Below, one piece after another: positions 37,385 to 50,451 of a stretch of 64,000 bases of DNA. The position numbers and the translations under genes are program-made. A model generated the notes under the pieces. That model was given only the letters and a program-made list of their open reading frames with translations, did not search any database and had not been told where the DNA came from. The first letter of the stretch is position 1. Each line of letters starts with the position of its first letter. This DNA is from Paragordius varius (Eukaryota > Animalia > Nematomorpha), in the NCBI GenBank assembly GCA_964247055.1, contig OZ176057.1, forward strand, positions 4,340,001-4,404,000, read 5' to 3'.

Positions 37385-39790
37385 TAGGGTGACCAGACGG
37401 CCCGCTTTTGGCTGGACAGTCCCGCTTTTTCACAATTTGTCTCGCGTCCCGCTACGTTTTTAAAATGTCCCGCTTTTTCACGATTATATAAAAAATTTAC
37501 ATTTAAATTTTTTATATAAATTTTATTTTTTTTATCCGTTTAAATTTTTTATCATTAGTTATCTTTAAAATCTATATCAATTTTAAATTAAAATTTATTA
37601 TTATTAATTAAAAATATTTTTTGTTTCGAATTTATATCATATGATTATACACTTTGCCTACTGGCAACATTATCAAAAAGATAAATCAATACAAATCGGT
37701 AGCTCATACGTTTAATCCAGAAAATTAAGGTAATAAAATATTTTTATATACTAATATTTTAGTTATATTACCTGCCAACATTATCAAAAAGACAAATACC
37801 ACAAATCGGTAACTTATGCGTTTACTCCAGAAAATTAAGGTAATATATTTATTTATACCTTTATTAATTTAAAAATATAAGTACAAAATTGTAAATTACG
37901 ATTAATGAAAGAATTTCCTTTTATCAAAAAAACGAAGAATGAATCATTTGTTAAATGTTATTTATGCGAGAGGGAATACACCCTAGCACATGGCGCTTGA
38001 TGTTACAAAGCATATGGAAACACAGAAGCATAAAAAATGTTAGATATGGCGTCATCTTACAAAATGAGCGATTTTTATCGAAAGCCCGCTTTTGGAGAGG
38101 AATAAAAGAATTTGGCACTAGCCGAAGGCGTTTTATCTTTTCACGCCGTTAATTACAATCTTTCTTTAGATCTATGGATTGTACCTCACAGGTTATTCGT
38201 ACCTGATCCAATAAAAAATTTACAGGTGCCGTACAAAGGCTGAAGCCATTGTATGCAATGTCCTTTCCCCACATGCATTTTCTGAAATACAAAAAGATTT
38301 GCTGAAAATTAATTTCATATCGTTAAACTGTGATGCATCAAATCAAAAAAATTATTTCCCACTTAAATTTTGATCCAGAAACCGGATTGAAAATTAATTT
38401 TAGATTTTATTTCTCTACCCGGTAAAAATTCCGACATAATATTTACTTCAATAATGCATAATCAAGAAAAAAAATAAAACAAAAGACAAAATCATCCGCA
38501 TATTGCGCTGACAACACCAATACGAACTTCGATGAAAAAGCAAGGGGTGTAACAAAAAATATTTTTCATAAATTAGCAGATAATCGTAATCAAAACATTA
38601 TTGGGGTGTGCAGCGCATATAATACACAACGCTATTAAAACAACAGCTGATTTGTTACCCCTAAATGTGGAAAATGTAGTTGTTAAAATAAATTCCTATT
38701 TTTATATATACACGGTACGCGTTGAAACGCATAAGGAAATCTGTGAAAATGCACAAGTTCAATATCAAAAAATGCTTAGATATTGTGAAACTTGTTGGTT
38801 AGCTCTTCTGCCAGCTATCGAAAGAGTTTTAAAAATGTATGATCCTTTAAAATCCTATTTTATATCACAGGGCAAATGTCCTACAACTTTGAAAAAATTT
38901 TTTGAAAGTGATTCTTCAAAAATATGGTTAGAGTTCCCGCATAATCAAGTTTCTCTCTTTCAAAATGTTATTAAATTGATAGAAGGTGATGAAATTTAGG
39001 CAATCGAAGTAGCCAAGTTAGGAACCTAAAATTCCAATGTCAATAAAGGTTAAAAAATAGTTTTATGCCATTAATCGTCCGCGATATTATAAATAATTTA
39101 GAAAAACCAGGCTTAATAAATCGCCAAGATATCCTGTACCATATATAAATGTTTTATACAAACTGTATAGATTATTTGGACAATTCATTATTTTCACTGG
39201 ATAATATTACCAGAATTTCAATGGTGCGATGTTCAAATCATTTGATTACACATCTTCCAAAAATTCCCAAAAAGTAATCTTTTAGAAAATGATCTTTTAT
39301 CTCAAGTATCATTAGGTAAAAATTGTATTAATAATAAAAAATTTAAATTATAGACAACAGAAAAAATACAGTAGAAAATAAATGGTTGGAAATTTATCAT
39401 TTTCAAACAAACTGTTCCATACTAATATTTTTAAAATTGTGGAATTTGCACTATCTTTATCTGGAACCAACCCTGTGACAGTATATCAGGTGTGGACATC
39501 GAAAAAATCAAATTTAAATGTTGAAACTTTAAAGGCCATTTTATCTGTCAAATTTAATTTGACAAATTCTTGTGAAGACTTCTACAATATTTCAAAAAAT
39601 GGTGACAATCTGTTAAAACGCATTCACTCAAATAAAAAATATGCCAAAGAATTAAATATTTTCTTATATTTATAATGAATTTGTGTTAAAAATAAATAAA
39701 TACAATAATTTTTTGTATAAAAATTTTTTGTTGTAGCCCCCCTTTCCCAGATTTGTCCCGCTTTTTCCTTCAAAAAATCTGGTCACCCTA
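37385..39790 (+). mobile_element. hAT element (Blackjack-type), near full length, private to copy A
   Basis: Perfect TIRs TAGGGTGACCAGA / TCTGGTCACCCTA and a perfect 8-bp TSD GGTATACA (37377-37384, 39791-39798). Empty site present in copies B and C. Confidence 0.95.
37905..39665 (+). pseudogene. hAT transposase pseudogene
   Basis: CADNTNTNF and GCAAHIIHNAIKTTADLLPLNVENVVVKINSYFYIYTVRVET..CWLALLPAIERVLKMYDPLKSYF (CxxH and RW motifs), plus FALSLSGTN. Frameshifted. Confidence 0.92.
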
Positions 39791-40832
39791 GGTATACAGT
39801 ATATTCTATATCATCTAAAAAATGTTAAACGCAATTTTACAAGTTTAATTATAAAGTAATTAAGGGTTTAATAGGTCTAATTCAACAAATAGCTGTTTGA
39901 TTAATCACATACGCTCATAATTTAATAGTAAACCAGAAAGATACACAAGTTTATATAAAAAACTGCTTATATTTATCATTTAGTATTCGGGTCGAGTTTC
40001 GTGTCTGGAAATAAAATATCGATCGCTCTGTATTTTTTATGCATTTGTATAAATATATTATGATTTGGTGGATTTATAACAAAGTAGATTGAAATTGTGC
40101 ATAAGTAAATTTGTAGGCGCTTTGATATAAAATTTTTTTGATAATGGCCCATCACAAATCAAATGGCGAACATTAACAAAAACTATGAGAGAAATATATG
40201 TATGAAGAATGGGATTAATAAGCTTGATAAGTCCACATGCACAAACATAAATAACTTTGATGAGCTTTAATATCAAAAATTATGGCTTATGCAAAAGTAG
40301 CTTTATTTTATATATTGGTTTTTGTAAATCTATTCCATATACAACAAATCTAAATGACTCTTGCAACAAAATTCTCAATGTGTCATAAGACCAGGTTGTA
40401 ACTTATTGGAAGCCAACGTACACAGGTCATCGGCAACAAATACCCTAAATTTTGGATTTGTAAAAACTTGGCAAGTTTTTTATCAACTCATATCAATAAA
40501 AGCAGTAATGTTGCTTGTTTTAGACCTATTCGACTATATTTATCCTATACAGGAGTACGCTGATAGAGCTGGGCTGTAATCAGTTCTACCTTAAGAATGG
40601 CATATTATATTATTTCCGGCATGGCACTTATATATTATCTTAGAAATGGGCAAAATGAGTGTACGATGTTTAATATTTTTATTCTAAAAAATGACTTTTT
40701 TTAATCATATACGCTTGGATATCATATCGTTATTACTATAATTTTATCAAAAACTTTATTTTTAATTTTATAGCTAAATTTAAAAAGCAATTATAATAGC
40801 ATATTTTTATGAAAAAAATGATATGGTTTTAA

Positions 40833-41405
40833 CACTTCGATTCAAATTGGGATATCATACCCCAGACTTAATTTAAGTTAGGATTTTTAAAAAACTACTG
40901 AAGGAAATGGTCCCGATTTAAATTTATGCTTCTATCCTAATAAATATTAAATAAATATGCCAAAATTTCCAAATAAAATTTTGTTTTAAAAAAAAGTTCC
41001 ATGTCAAACTACATCAATGCATTTTTATTTTCCAAAATTTTTACAAAATATCGTTTTCATTTAATTTTAAGGGTAAAATTAAAGCTAATTTTTTATTTAA
41101 ATCACATCTAACATTGATAGCAATAGAAAAAGCGGTTTATTTTCGATTATTTTTCAATTTAATTATTGCACATATGTTACGTTGACTAAATTTTTACCTT
41201 TCGGTTTTAGCTTAAAATAAGCAATATTAAGTATTTTAAAATAAAAGTTTTTATATATTTCGGTTTATGTTTTATAAGTGCCAAATTTTGCCATGGTTTT
41301 GATTCCTTCCATAATTTTTTAATAATCAAATTTTAAACAGGGCTGGGGTATTTAACTACCCCAATTTGAATCGAAGGACTAAAATGAATTTGTTGTATCT
41401 AAGTG
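40833..41405 (+). mobile_element. piggyBac-type MITE
   Basis: TTAA|CACTTCGATTC ... TATCTAAGTG|TTAA. The internal repeat CTTCGATTCAAATTGGG is near-terminal on the left and about 30 bp inside on the right. Confidence 0.85.
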
Positions 41406-41699
41406 TTAAAGGTGATTATATATTATTTAAATAAAAAATTTTTAATAAAACTAAATAAAATATATAAATTTAATTATAGGATTTACAGTTCAAAAACCTT
41501 AAATTTGAATTCACCCTAAAACAATAAATTTATCCTAAACAATTCTAATTCACCCTATTATAATTATTTATTTTCGAACCAATATAATTTATTATATATA
41601 TAAAATATATTTATTGCATAGTTTATTATTTTTTCAGTATTATTTTAATTTAAAACAAATTTTATTTTTTTACAAAATAAAATATAAGTAATTTTTATT

Positions 41700-42119
41700 A
41701 AATCAGAAAATGTTATGGCGGTAGGCGCCATCTCCTTATAAGTTATAAATCAAGAGGAGTATAGATAGTTAGTCCACCGAGTTGCAAGTTGGATTTATTA
41801 TTATATCCTAATTAACAGAGACTATGAGAAACCACGTTTTGACTCTAAGCTCTATAATATTCATTTCCCCGACTCTATTCGGTTTCAAATTCTCTAAAAC
41901 TCATATATATAATTCCTGAACTGGTAGTGTTTACCCGTGTTCATTATGTCTGACTGATGAGTCCACAACAAGGACCAAACGCGTCTCACACTGTGACACG
42001 TGGTAAAAACTGTCAACAAAATTTGGCTTCACGTAGTCTCTGTTGTTAACTAGGATATACTAATATATCCAACCTGCAACTCGGTAGACTAACTATCTAT
42101 ACTCTTCTTGATTTATAAG
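41700..42119 (+). mobile_element. Non-coding Penelope-like/retrozyme-type element, family 2
   Basis: Approximately 85-bp inverted arms (41743-41825 / 42034-42118) enclose a hammerhead motif. No similarity to family 1 outside the ribozyme core. Left boundary approximate. Confidence 0.75.
41936..42000 (+). ncRNA. Type I hammerhead motif HHR4 with a G12->C change
   Basis: TGA CTGATGA GTCC-ACAACAA-GGAC CAAA CGCGTC|TCA, with palindromic stem III ACGCGT and distal stem I CGTGTTCA/TGACACG. GAAA reads CAAA at 41976. Confidence 0.8.
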
Positions 42120-42399
42120 AAATTTTTTTATTTTAAAAATCACTAATTTATTTTTAGGATTATGAATTGTTCAAGGGTGAATTTAAAGTGTTTGAGGGTG
42201 GATTTAAATTGTTTAAGGGTTAACTATAAATGACATATATTGTAAGACTAAAGTGTATCTAAGCCCATCTATTAAATGTTTTAATAATAAAGTTATTTTT
42301 ATGATGCAACAAATACAAAACAGCTTATTGATATTAAGAAGTTTATACGACTCAGAATGCTGAATATGAATATAAAATTAGTGTGTATCTTTTAGTCTA

Positions 42400-43495
42400 T
42401 TCTTTTATCGGAACTTCCCAAAGAAAGTATTGGGACTCTGAATAATACGGTGTACAAAATTAGTCCTGAAGAATAACTTGATGAAACAAATATATAATCT
42501 GGAAAAATGTATCAAGATTATCATGGTGATTTTGGTTTTGGCCTTCACCATTATCAAACGGAAAATTTAATAAATATATTCTATATAAATAAAAGGCACA
42601 AACAAAGTCTTCCAAAAATTAAATGAATATTTGAAACACAACATTATTGGAGTTGGGTGCGCCCCTCACATTATCCACAATTCCATACAAACCGCGGCGG
42701 ATTTGCCTTCTATCGATTTTAAACATTTATCAAAAAATTTATTCATATTTTCTATTTGTACTATTCGCATTAAAGCAATAAAGGCTTTTGTTTAGAATCC
42801 GAAACTGAATACAAAAAATATAAGGTTATTGTAAAACTCGATAGTTGGCATTATTACCCGTTGACTCAAAATCTTTAAAAGACAAATGCGCAGAGAACGA
42901 CCTTATAAAAGTTATGTTCCCATTATGTTTCGTAAAGATTTAAGTAAGCTCGAGGATAATAGATTGATTAATTGAAATACATTTTTATGAAGTAAAAGCA
43001 TTTAATACGAATCATTATGATTATTTAACAGCATGGTCAATTCGAAGATAATTAAGTTCTCCTCGATTGATTGTTCGAAGAGATATTGAAAATGATTTTT
43101 CTAATTTGTTTTATTGATGAAATTGAACTTTTTGATGAAAGAATTTATAGGAAATTATGCGTGGAAGAGAAAAAGATACATGAATGGATCAAAAGTGTTT
43201 AATACTGATTTAAGGTGGTTAAAAATTTTTACCAATTTTTTACATAAATTGTCCGGTGTGAAAATTTAATAAGTTTAATTTAATTAGCTATTTGTCTACC
43301 TAGACCAAGCGGCTACCGAAAGAGTTTTTTCGTTGATAAAAAAATATGGACTACGGAAAAAATACAACTCACAATAGATACCTTGAAAGCAATATTGTAA
43401 TAGTCAAACATAATATAGAAGAAATTGTGAATCTTTTTTCGATAACATTTCACAAACACTAAATTATTGGGAGAAATACATAAATCCAAAAAATA
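42400..43495 (+). pseudogene. Older, divergent hAT transposase relic within the array unit
   Basis: NIIGVGCAPHIIHNSIQTAADL and the C-terminal (T)ERVFSLIKK.WTTEK.QLTIDTLKAIL resemble the Blackjack-type transposase. Confidence 0.75.
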
Positions 43496-46400
43496 TATAA
43501 ATTGTTAACTTTTGGACATTATTATTACTATTAAAAATAATTAAGTATTAATAATATATGTCACATATACCATTGATTGGATAGACCCATAACTATTTAA
43601 TTATGTTTGAATTTTACACTGTAGCAAAGTCGGTATTTAAATAACTTTCTATCGAGGCCCCTACCTTTTTTTCATCAACGCATACTTTTATCTGCTGTCA
43701 AATAGCCATAACTTATCAAAAATCTTTGAAACAGAACTTTCAAACGTGTGTGAATAATTTTATCTAGCAACATCATATAAACGAAGTATATTGTTTCCCT
43801 CTATTTTTGTTATCATATATTTGTTAATAATATTGTTTTTAGCAATTTTGTTAGCATTTTTTTAAAACAAACATACCATTATAATATTGTTGTATATCCA
43901 TATATATATAACATATGATATAATTATATGTACATACATTTATATTAAGTTTTTGTTGGATATTTTAATTGTTTCTAATGAGATAAATAGTAACGAACAA
44001 GATAATTTAATATAAAACACCAAAAATCTGGTGTAACAAATAGGCAAAGTATGTTTTAATTTTGTACTGCGTCAGGGTATAAAATATCTTGTCGCATTAT
44101 TCTAAAACGGGCTAGGTTTAAACGCAAAAACCGTATTTTGCAACTTAAATAGTTTTGCAAAAAAATTTAAAATGCATAGTTTTAAAAATTCAATTTTTAG
44201 CAAAATTTTGTCGGAGCATGCCTACTTTTTTAGGAATGATGGAAATAAAAACACTTTTAGATACTTTAAAAACATTTTTCAACATAACTGATAATGGTGA
44301 ACATGCCTTAAAATTTTATTTAGGTTCATTTATTTTCAAATTTTGGTAAATTTTTATATAAAAACACAATCTATATTTGACATAAATTTGAAGCCAAACG
44401 AATATAATTGGAGGCGATAGAAATGTTGCGCATATTTAATATGTTTTTATAATATTTAAAATCGTTTTTATACGTTTTTATGCCTAAAAAGGATTAAGTA
44501 TGCTTCGGCATTTAACTGTTTGCTAAAATTTTTTGTTTTTTATGTCAAAACTCAACATATGAATATAATGCCCAATCCCGGCCTTTTACCTTTGTTTTAA
44601 AAGCTGGCCCGTTTTAAGAAAGCAAAAAAATGGGACTTTAGGAGTGGACTCTATATAGTTAAATCAAACATGGTGCTGCTAAACCACTCAAAATGTAACA
44701 GTATTAGCTTTAGCAACCAAGCTAATGCATAATGATAAAATATTTATATCATTTATAAATGCGCCTATCGTCATCTTTGCAAAAACTGTTTTTTTTAATC
44801 TGGTAGATCTGGTGGCTATTAAAAAATTTTTTTAATGTTTAACATTTGGCATTTAAACGACTTTTTTATTTAGTGGTGAAGGGGGGTGGGGAAATATGTT
44901 TGGAGGTGAGTTTAAACTATGCACTTTACAAAAAAAAACTTATCAAAGTTCTATATAAAGTGATGAAAAGAAGCTAAAATACTAATGTTTTTTTTAAACA
45001 ATTAACTTTTGATGGTCTTATAAAACAATACATATATAACTATTATACCTGAGACAACTGCAAGGATTAATATTAGTATAATCTTCATTTTTGATTGTAT
45101 CGAGGTAAAAATACAAAAATAATATTAAAATATATTAGGGAGGATTAACGCGTATCCTAAGTAATAAGTATACGATTAAATGGTTGGTGTACGTGTATAG
45201 TATATAATTTATGTTTATATAAACTTATCTAAACGCCAAAATTCTCCGAATTACAGTACTCTCTATCAAATTTTCTATCCCTATAACTAATAAGAGCTAT
45301 TAAATATAAACATATCCTTGTTAAATAACATACAAAATTTATTAAGATATATTATTAAACCTTGATATGCAAAGCTCAACAAAATTTTTATTCAGTTTTA
45401 TTACAATATCTAAATATAAAAACGTTCGAATTTTATGCTTATATATTCTAGTTTAAATTATATTACTAATATATTACATTTATAAATTTTGAAATATTTA
45501 TCAATTTTAAGTTGTAACTTTATTAAAATTCTTGGTCCTATTTATATTTTAATGTAAATGGTTGTAAATATTAAAAAGGAACAAATGAGTTAGCTTACAC
45601 TTTATTAAGTATTCTTTTCTGCTCTTACGGTTTGGCAAAATTTTATGCACCACGGTTAAAACTTTAGATATTGGAGATTAATTATATGCAGTAAAAATTG
45701 AAAATTTACGGGCAAAACAAAAAAAATAAAATTTTTTATACAATATAATCATGCTTTTTACATTATTTAATTTAACTCATTATTTAAAATTGCCACGTAT
45801 GGATAGAGATGTGTCATTGGTAACAATCAACCATATAGTTTTTAATAATATAACATAAAATAATAAATTAAAAAAGTATGGTTATTTTTTATAAATTAAG
45901 TATAACGTTTTGTCCCTATAATTTGAATTTTTTATGTAATCATCAGTTTGTCAATATTATTTAACAGAATGTTGATAAAATAAAATATTTTAGCTTTATA
46001 TATAATATCTATGGGCTGTTGTAGTAGCGATTTTAGAGAATACAAAGATGATAGGTTGTAAAAAAGATAAGATTTTCTCAAAGTTTAACCTTTCTAAGGC
46101 TATTAATCCTACGTGTTTCGATCTAAGGATTTCTTTGGTGTACACCTTAAAAAAATGATTTTTATCTTAATACAATAATCTATATTCTATTATTATTTGT
46201 AAATAGTTTTAGCCTTTTCACAGCCAAAATTTGGTCGGTGCTGTATTTAACGGCTACATATATTTTTTCATATTGATTTTATATATCCTGTGCGGAAAAT
46301 TTTGCACTTTCTATACTAATCATGATCAATGTTCGTAAAATTTTATAGTGTCATGTACGCAGATGTAAATTTTAAGTAATATATATCAGTGGTACGTATC

Positions 46401-47454
46401 CAAAAAATTTACTTTTTAAATTATTTTTTGTTTTAAGAGTTGTCACACTACAATACAGACAATATTGCATAGCTGTTTACTTGAAATCTAACTCAGATAC
46501 GTCAAATAAAATAGTCTGGCTAACCCGCATTTTCAATTTAACGGCCATCTCATTAAACAAATACTAGTGGACTTAATAAATATTATCCTATCTTAATCAT
46601 GGCTGTAATTAGTCATATTACATATATTATTAATTTGTATTCCATTGCCAAATTAAAATGTTAACATTTGCCTACGTGTTTTTATTAATTAAATTATCTA
46701 AAAATTTAAATTTAGTTTCTTGTTTTTGTTTATAAAAAAATTGATGAATGATATTTTACATAGAGAACTCATAGTAAACGAATAATTTAAGGGTAATATT
46801 TTCCAGACTTAAAAATTAACGGCTTGAAAATAGAACTTTAACAAGCAAAATAGAGATAAAACAAAGTAAACATATTTTTGTTACAATTAAACCACAACAT
46901 CGGTAAGCAAAAATATTCTGATAAATAACTTAGTTTGCTATTGCCTTAGTGCTACAACACTTTTAGACAGCTACTTTATATAAAATAATCACAAAATTAA
47001 AGTATTATTTTATTTTATTAAAAATAGTTTTTATTAAATATTTAAGTAACCTCGTTATATTTAAAAAATGGCCAACAATATATATATGATAATGAACATT
47101 TTTTCAACTCAAAAATATTAATTCATTTCGAGTTTTTATTAATTATAGGAAGCTCTTTTTTGAATCTAATCAGGAGGATGAATTTTTAAATAACATGAGT
47201 TAATTGGTTTAATTCAAGAAATATGTGATTTTATAATCTGGTAAAGTTTTTTTATACCGTTTCTACCATGTCGAAATTCCATTAATTACATCTATTATTG
47301 TTAAAGATTAAATCTCTAAACTAAATTTTCTTTTATATAAAAGTAATATGTAACAAGATAATTATTCCATATTTCGGCCACTGCTTTATTTATTCTGGTT
47401 TGGCTATTCCCGCTTATGTAAATTTCCACAAAACACCTTTAAAATTATTATACA

Positions 47455-47650
47455 TTCATAAACCAGATGACAAAAAAATTAAAAAATAAGAAATAATATA
47501 ACATTGTGATATATGAGTTATTTAATATAAATGTTAAGATACTGATAGTGAGTTTAGCTAATAAGATTAAAAAACTTTATTATAGTTACAGAAAAATGTT
47601 TTTTATTTTAGTGATTGTAATATAAACCTAAATTACATGATATAAAACTA
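47455..47650. mobile_element. Fragment of family-C foldback arm (also at about 57165-57360)
   Basis: CATAAACCAGATGACAAAAAAA..ATGTTAAG..ATAGTGAGTTTAG is colinear with 26385-26640. Confidence 0.6.
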
Positions 47651-48883
47651 TTTATGAATTGTAAATTTTGTGTTTTTGGCATTATATAAGTCATCATTGA
47701 TTATTTTATAGCATAGTTTATAATTTATTCAGCATCTAACGAAATTCATGTTTCCTTGGAGAGTTTCTATTAATGTATTTCAAAAAATATAAAGTTACTA
47801 TATGTAAGTCAATTATAAAAACACTAAATAATGGCTATAGTATTAGGTATACATAAGTATATAGTATATACTTCATTATCTAAAAAATGTTTAAGGCAAT
47901 TTCACAAGTTTAATTATATAGTAATTAAGGGTTTAATAATTCTAATTCAACAAATCGGAGCTGTTTGTTAATTACATACGCTCATAATTTAATAGTAAAC
48001 CAGAAAGACACACAAGTTGATATAAAAAACTGCTTATATTTATAATATATTTCGTGTCTGGTAAAAAAATATCGATATATTTTTTATGCATTTGTATAAA
48101 TATATATTATGATTTGGTGTTATAACTAAAGTAGATTGAAATTGTGCATATGTAAATTTGTAGGCGCTTTGATAAAAAATATTTTGATAATGGCCCATCA
48201 CAAATCAAATGGCGAACATTAACAAAAACTATGAGAGAAATATATGTATGAAAAATGGGATTAATAAGCTTGATAAGTTTATCCCACATGAACAAACATA
48301 AATAACTTTGATGAGCTTTAATATCAAAAATTATGGCTTATGCAAAAGTAGCTTTATTTTATATATTGGTTTTTGTAAATCTATTCCATATACAACAAAT
48401 CTAAATGACTCTTGCAACAAAATTCTCAATGTGTCATAAGACCAGGTTGTAACTTATTGGAAGCCAACGTACACAGGTCATCGGCAACAAATACCCTAAA
48501 TTTTGGATTTATTGTAAAAACTTGGCAAGTTTTTAATCAACTCATATCAATAAAAGCAGTAATGTTGCTTGTTTTAGACCTATTCGACTATATTTATCCT
48601 GTACAGGAGTACGCTGATAGAGCTGGGCTTTAATCAGTTCTACCTTAAGAATGGCATATTATATTATTTCCGGCATGGCACTTATATATTATCTTAGAAA
48701 CGGGCGAAATGAGTGTACGATGTTTAATATTTTTCTAAAAAATGACTTTTTTTAATCATATACGCTTGGATATCATATCGTTATTACTATAATTTTATCA
48801 AAAACTTTATTTTTAATTTTATAGCTAAATTTAAAAAGCAATTATAATAGCATATTTTTATGAAAAAAATGATATGGTTTTAA

Positions 48884-49455
48884 CACTTAGATTCAAATTG
48901 GGATATCATACTCCAGACTTAATTTAAGTTAGGATTTTTAAAAAACTACTGAAGGAAATGGTCCCGATTTAAATTTATACTTCTATCCTAATAAATATTA
49001 AATAAATATGCCAAAATTTCCAAATAAAATTTTGTTTTTAAAAAAAGTTCCATGTCAAACTACATCAATGCATTTTTATTTTTCAAAATTTTTACAAAAT
49101 ATCGTTTTCATTTAATTTTAAGGGTAAAATTAAAGCTAATTTTTTATTTAAATCACATCTAACATTGATAGCAATAGAAAAAGCGGTTTATTTTCGATTA
49201 TTTTTCAATTTAATTATTGCACATATGTTACGTTGACTAAATTTTTACCTTTCGGTATTAGCTTAAAATAAGCAATATTAAGTATTTTAAAAAAAAGTTT
49301 TTATATATTTCGGTTTATGTTTTATAAGTGCCAAATTTTGCCATGGTTTTGATTCCTTCCATAATTTTTTAATAATCATATTCCAAACAGGCCTAGGGTA
49401 TTTACCTACCCCAATTTGAATCGAAGGACTAAAATGAATTTGTTGTATCTAAGTG
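48884..49455 (+). mobile_element. piggyBac-type MITE (copy B paralog)
   Basis: TTAA-flanked; duplicate of 40833-41405. Confidence 0.85.
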
Positions 49456-49750
49456 TTAAAGGTGATTATATATTATTTAAATAAAAATTTTTTAATAAAA
49501 CTAAATAAAATATTTAAATTTAATTATAGGATTTACAGTTCAAAAACCTTAAATTTGAATTCACCCTAAAACAATAAATTTATCCTTAAACAATTCTAAT
49601 TTACCCTATTATAATTATTTATTTTCGAACCAATATAATTTATTATATATATAAAATATATTTATTGCATAGTTTATTATTTTTTCAGTATTATTTTAAT
49701 TTAAAACAAATTTTATTTTTTTACAAAATAAAATATAAGTAATTTTTATT

Positions 49751-50171
49751 ATATCAGAAAATGTTATGGCGGTAGGCGCCATCTCCTTATAAGTTATAAA
49801 TCAAGAGGAGTATAGATAGTTAGTCCACCGAGTTGCAAGTTGGATTTATTATTATATCCTAATTAACAGAGACTATGAGAAACCACGTTTAGACTCTAAG
49901 CTCTATAATATTCATTGCCCCGACTCTATTCGGTTTCAAATTTTCTAAAACTCATATATATAATTCCTGAACTGGTAAGTGTTTACCCGTGTTCATTATG
50001 TCTGACTGATGAGTCCACAACAAGGACCAAACGCGTCTCACACTGTGACACGTGGTGAAAACTGTCAACAAAATTTGGCTTCACGTAGTCTCTGTTGTTA
50101 ACTAGGATATACTAATATATCCAACCTGCAACTCGGTAGACTAACTATCTATACTCTTCTTGATTTATAAG
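49751..50171 (+). mobile_element. Family-2 hammerhead element (copy B paralog)
   Basis: Duplicate of 41700-42119, within the family-A MITE paralog 49527-50287. Confidence 0.75.
49988..50052 (+). ncRNA. Type I hammerhead motif HHR5 with a G12->C change
   Basis: Identical to HHR4. Confidence 0.8.
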
Positions 50172-50451
50172 AAATTTTTTTATTTTAAAAATCACTAATT
50201 TATTTTTAGGATTATGAATTGTTCAAGGGTGAATTTAAAGTGTTTGAGGGTGGATTTAAATTGTTTAAGGGTTAACTATAAATGACATATATTGTAAGAC
50301 TAAAGTGTATCTAAGCCCATCTATTAAATGTTTTAATAATAAAGTTATTTTTATGATGCAACAAATACAAAACAGCTTATTGATATTAAGAAGTTTATAC
50401 GACTCAGAATGCTGAATATGAATATAAAATTAGTGTGTATCTTTTAGTCTA

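Larger units (their letters stand above)
41477..42235. mobile_element. Decayed family-A MITE interrupted by the family-2 hammerhead element
   Basis: AATTCACCC repeat arm at 41500-41560 and the inverted GGGTGAATTT arm at 42160-42225. Confidence 0.65.
37271..47754 (+). repeat. Tandem array unit copy A (about 8.07 kb plus a hAT insertion)
   Basis: Starts CTTGGATAGTTTCT..GTATTTCAAAAAA; colinear with the copies starting at 47755 and 57458. Confidence 0.9.

Noticed and set aside
38601-38999. 132-aa ORF as a functional gene
   Set aside because: It is the longest surviving piece of a frameshifted hAT transposase.
40361-40579. ORFs apparently conserved at two loci (MQQNSQ.., MQKNLK..)
   Set aside because: The conservation is explained by the recent tandem duplication, and the frames are broken in copy C.
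45940-45946. CTGATGA on the minus strand (also 55650-55656 and about 59530)
   Set aside because: No stem II or GAAA follows.
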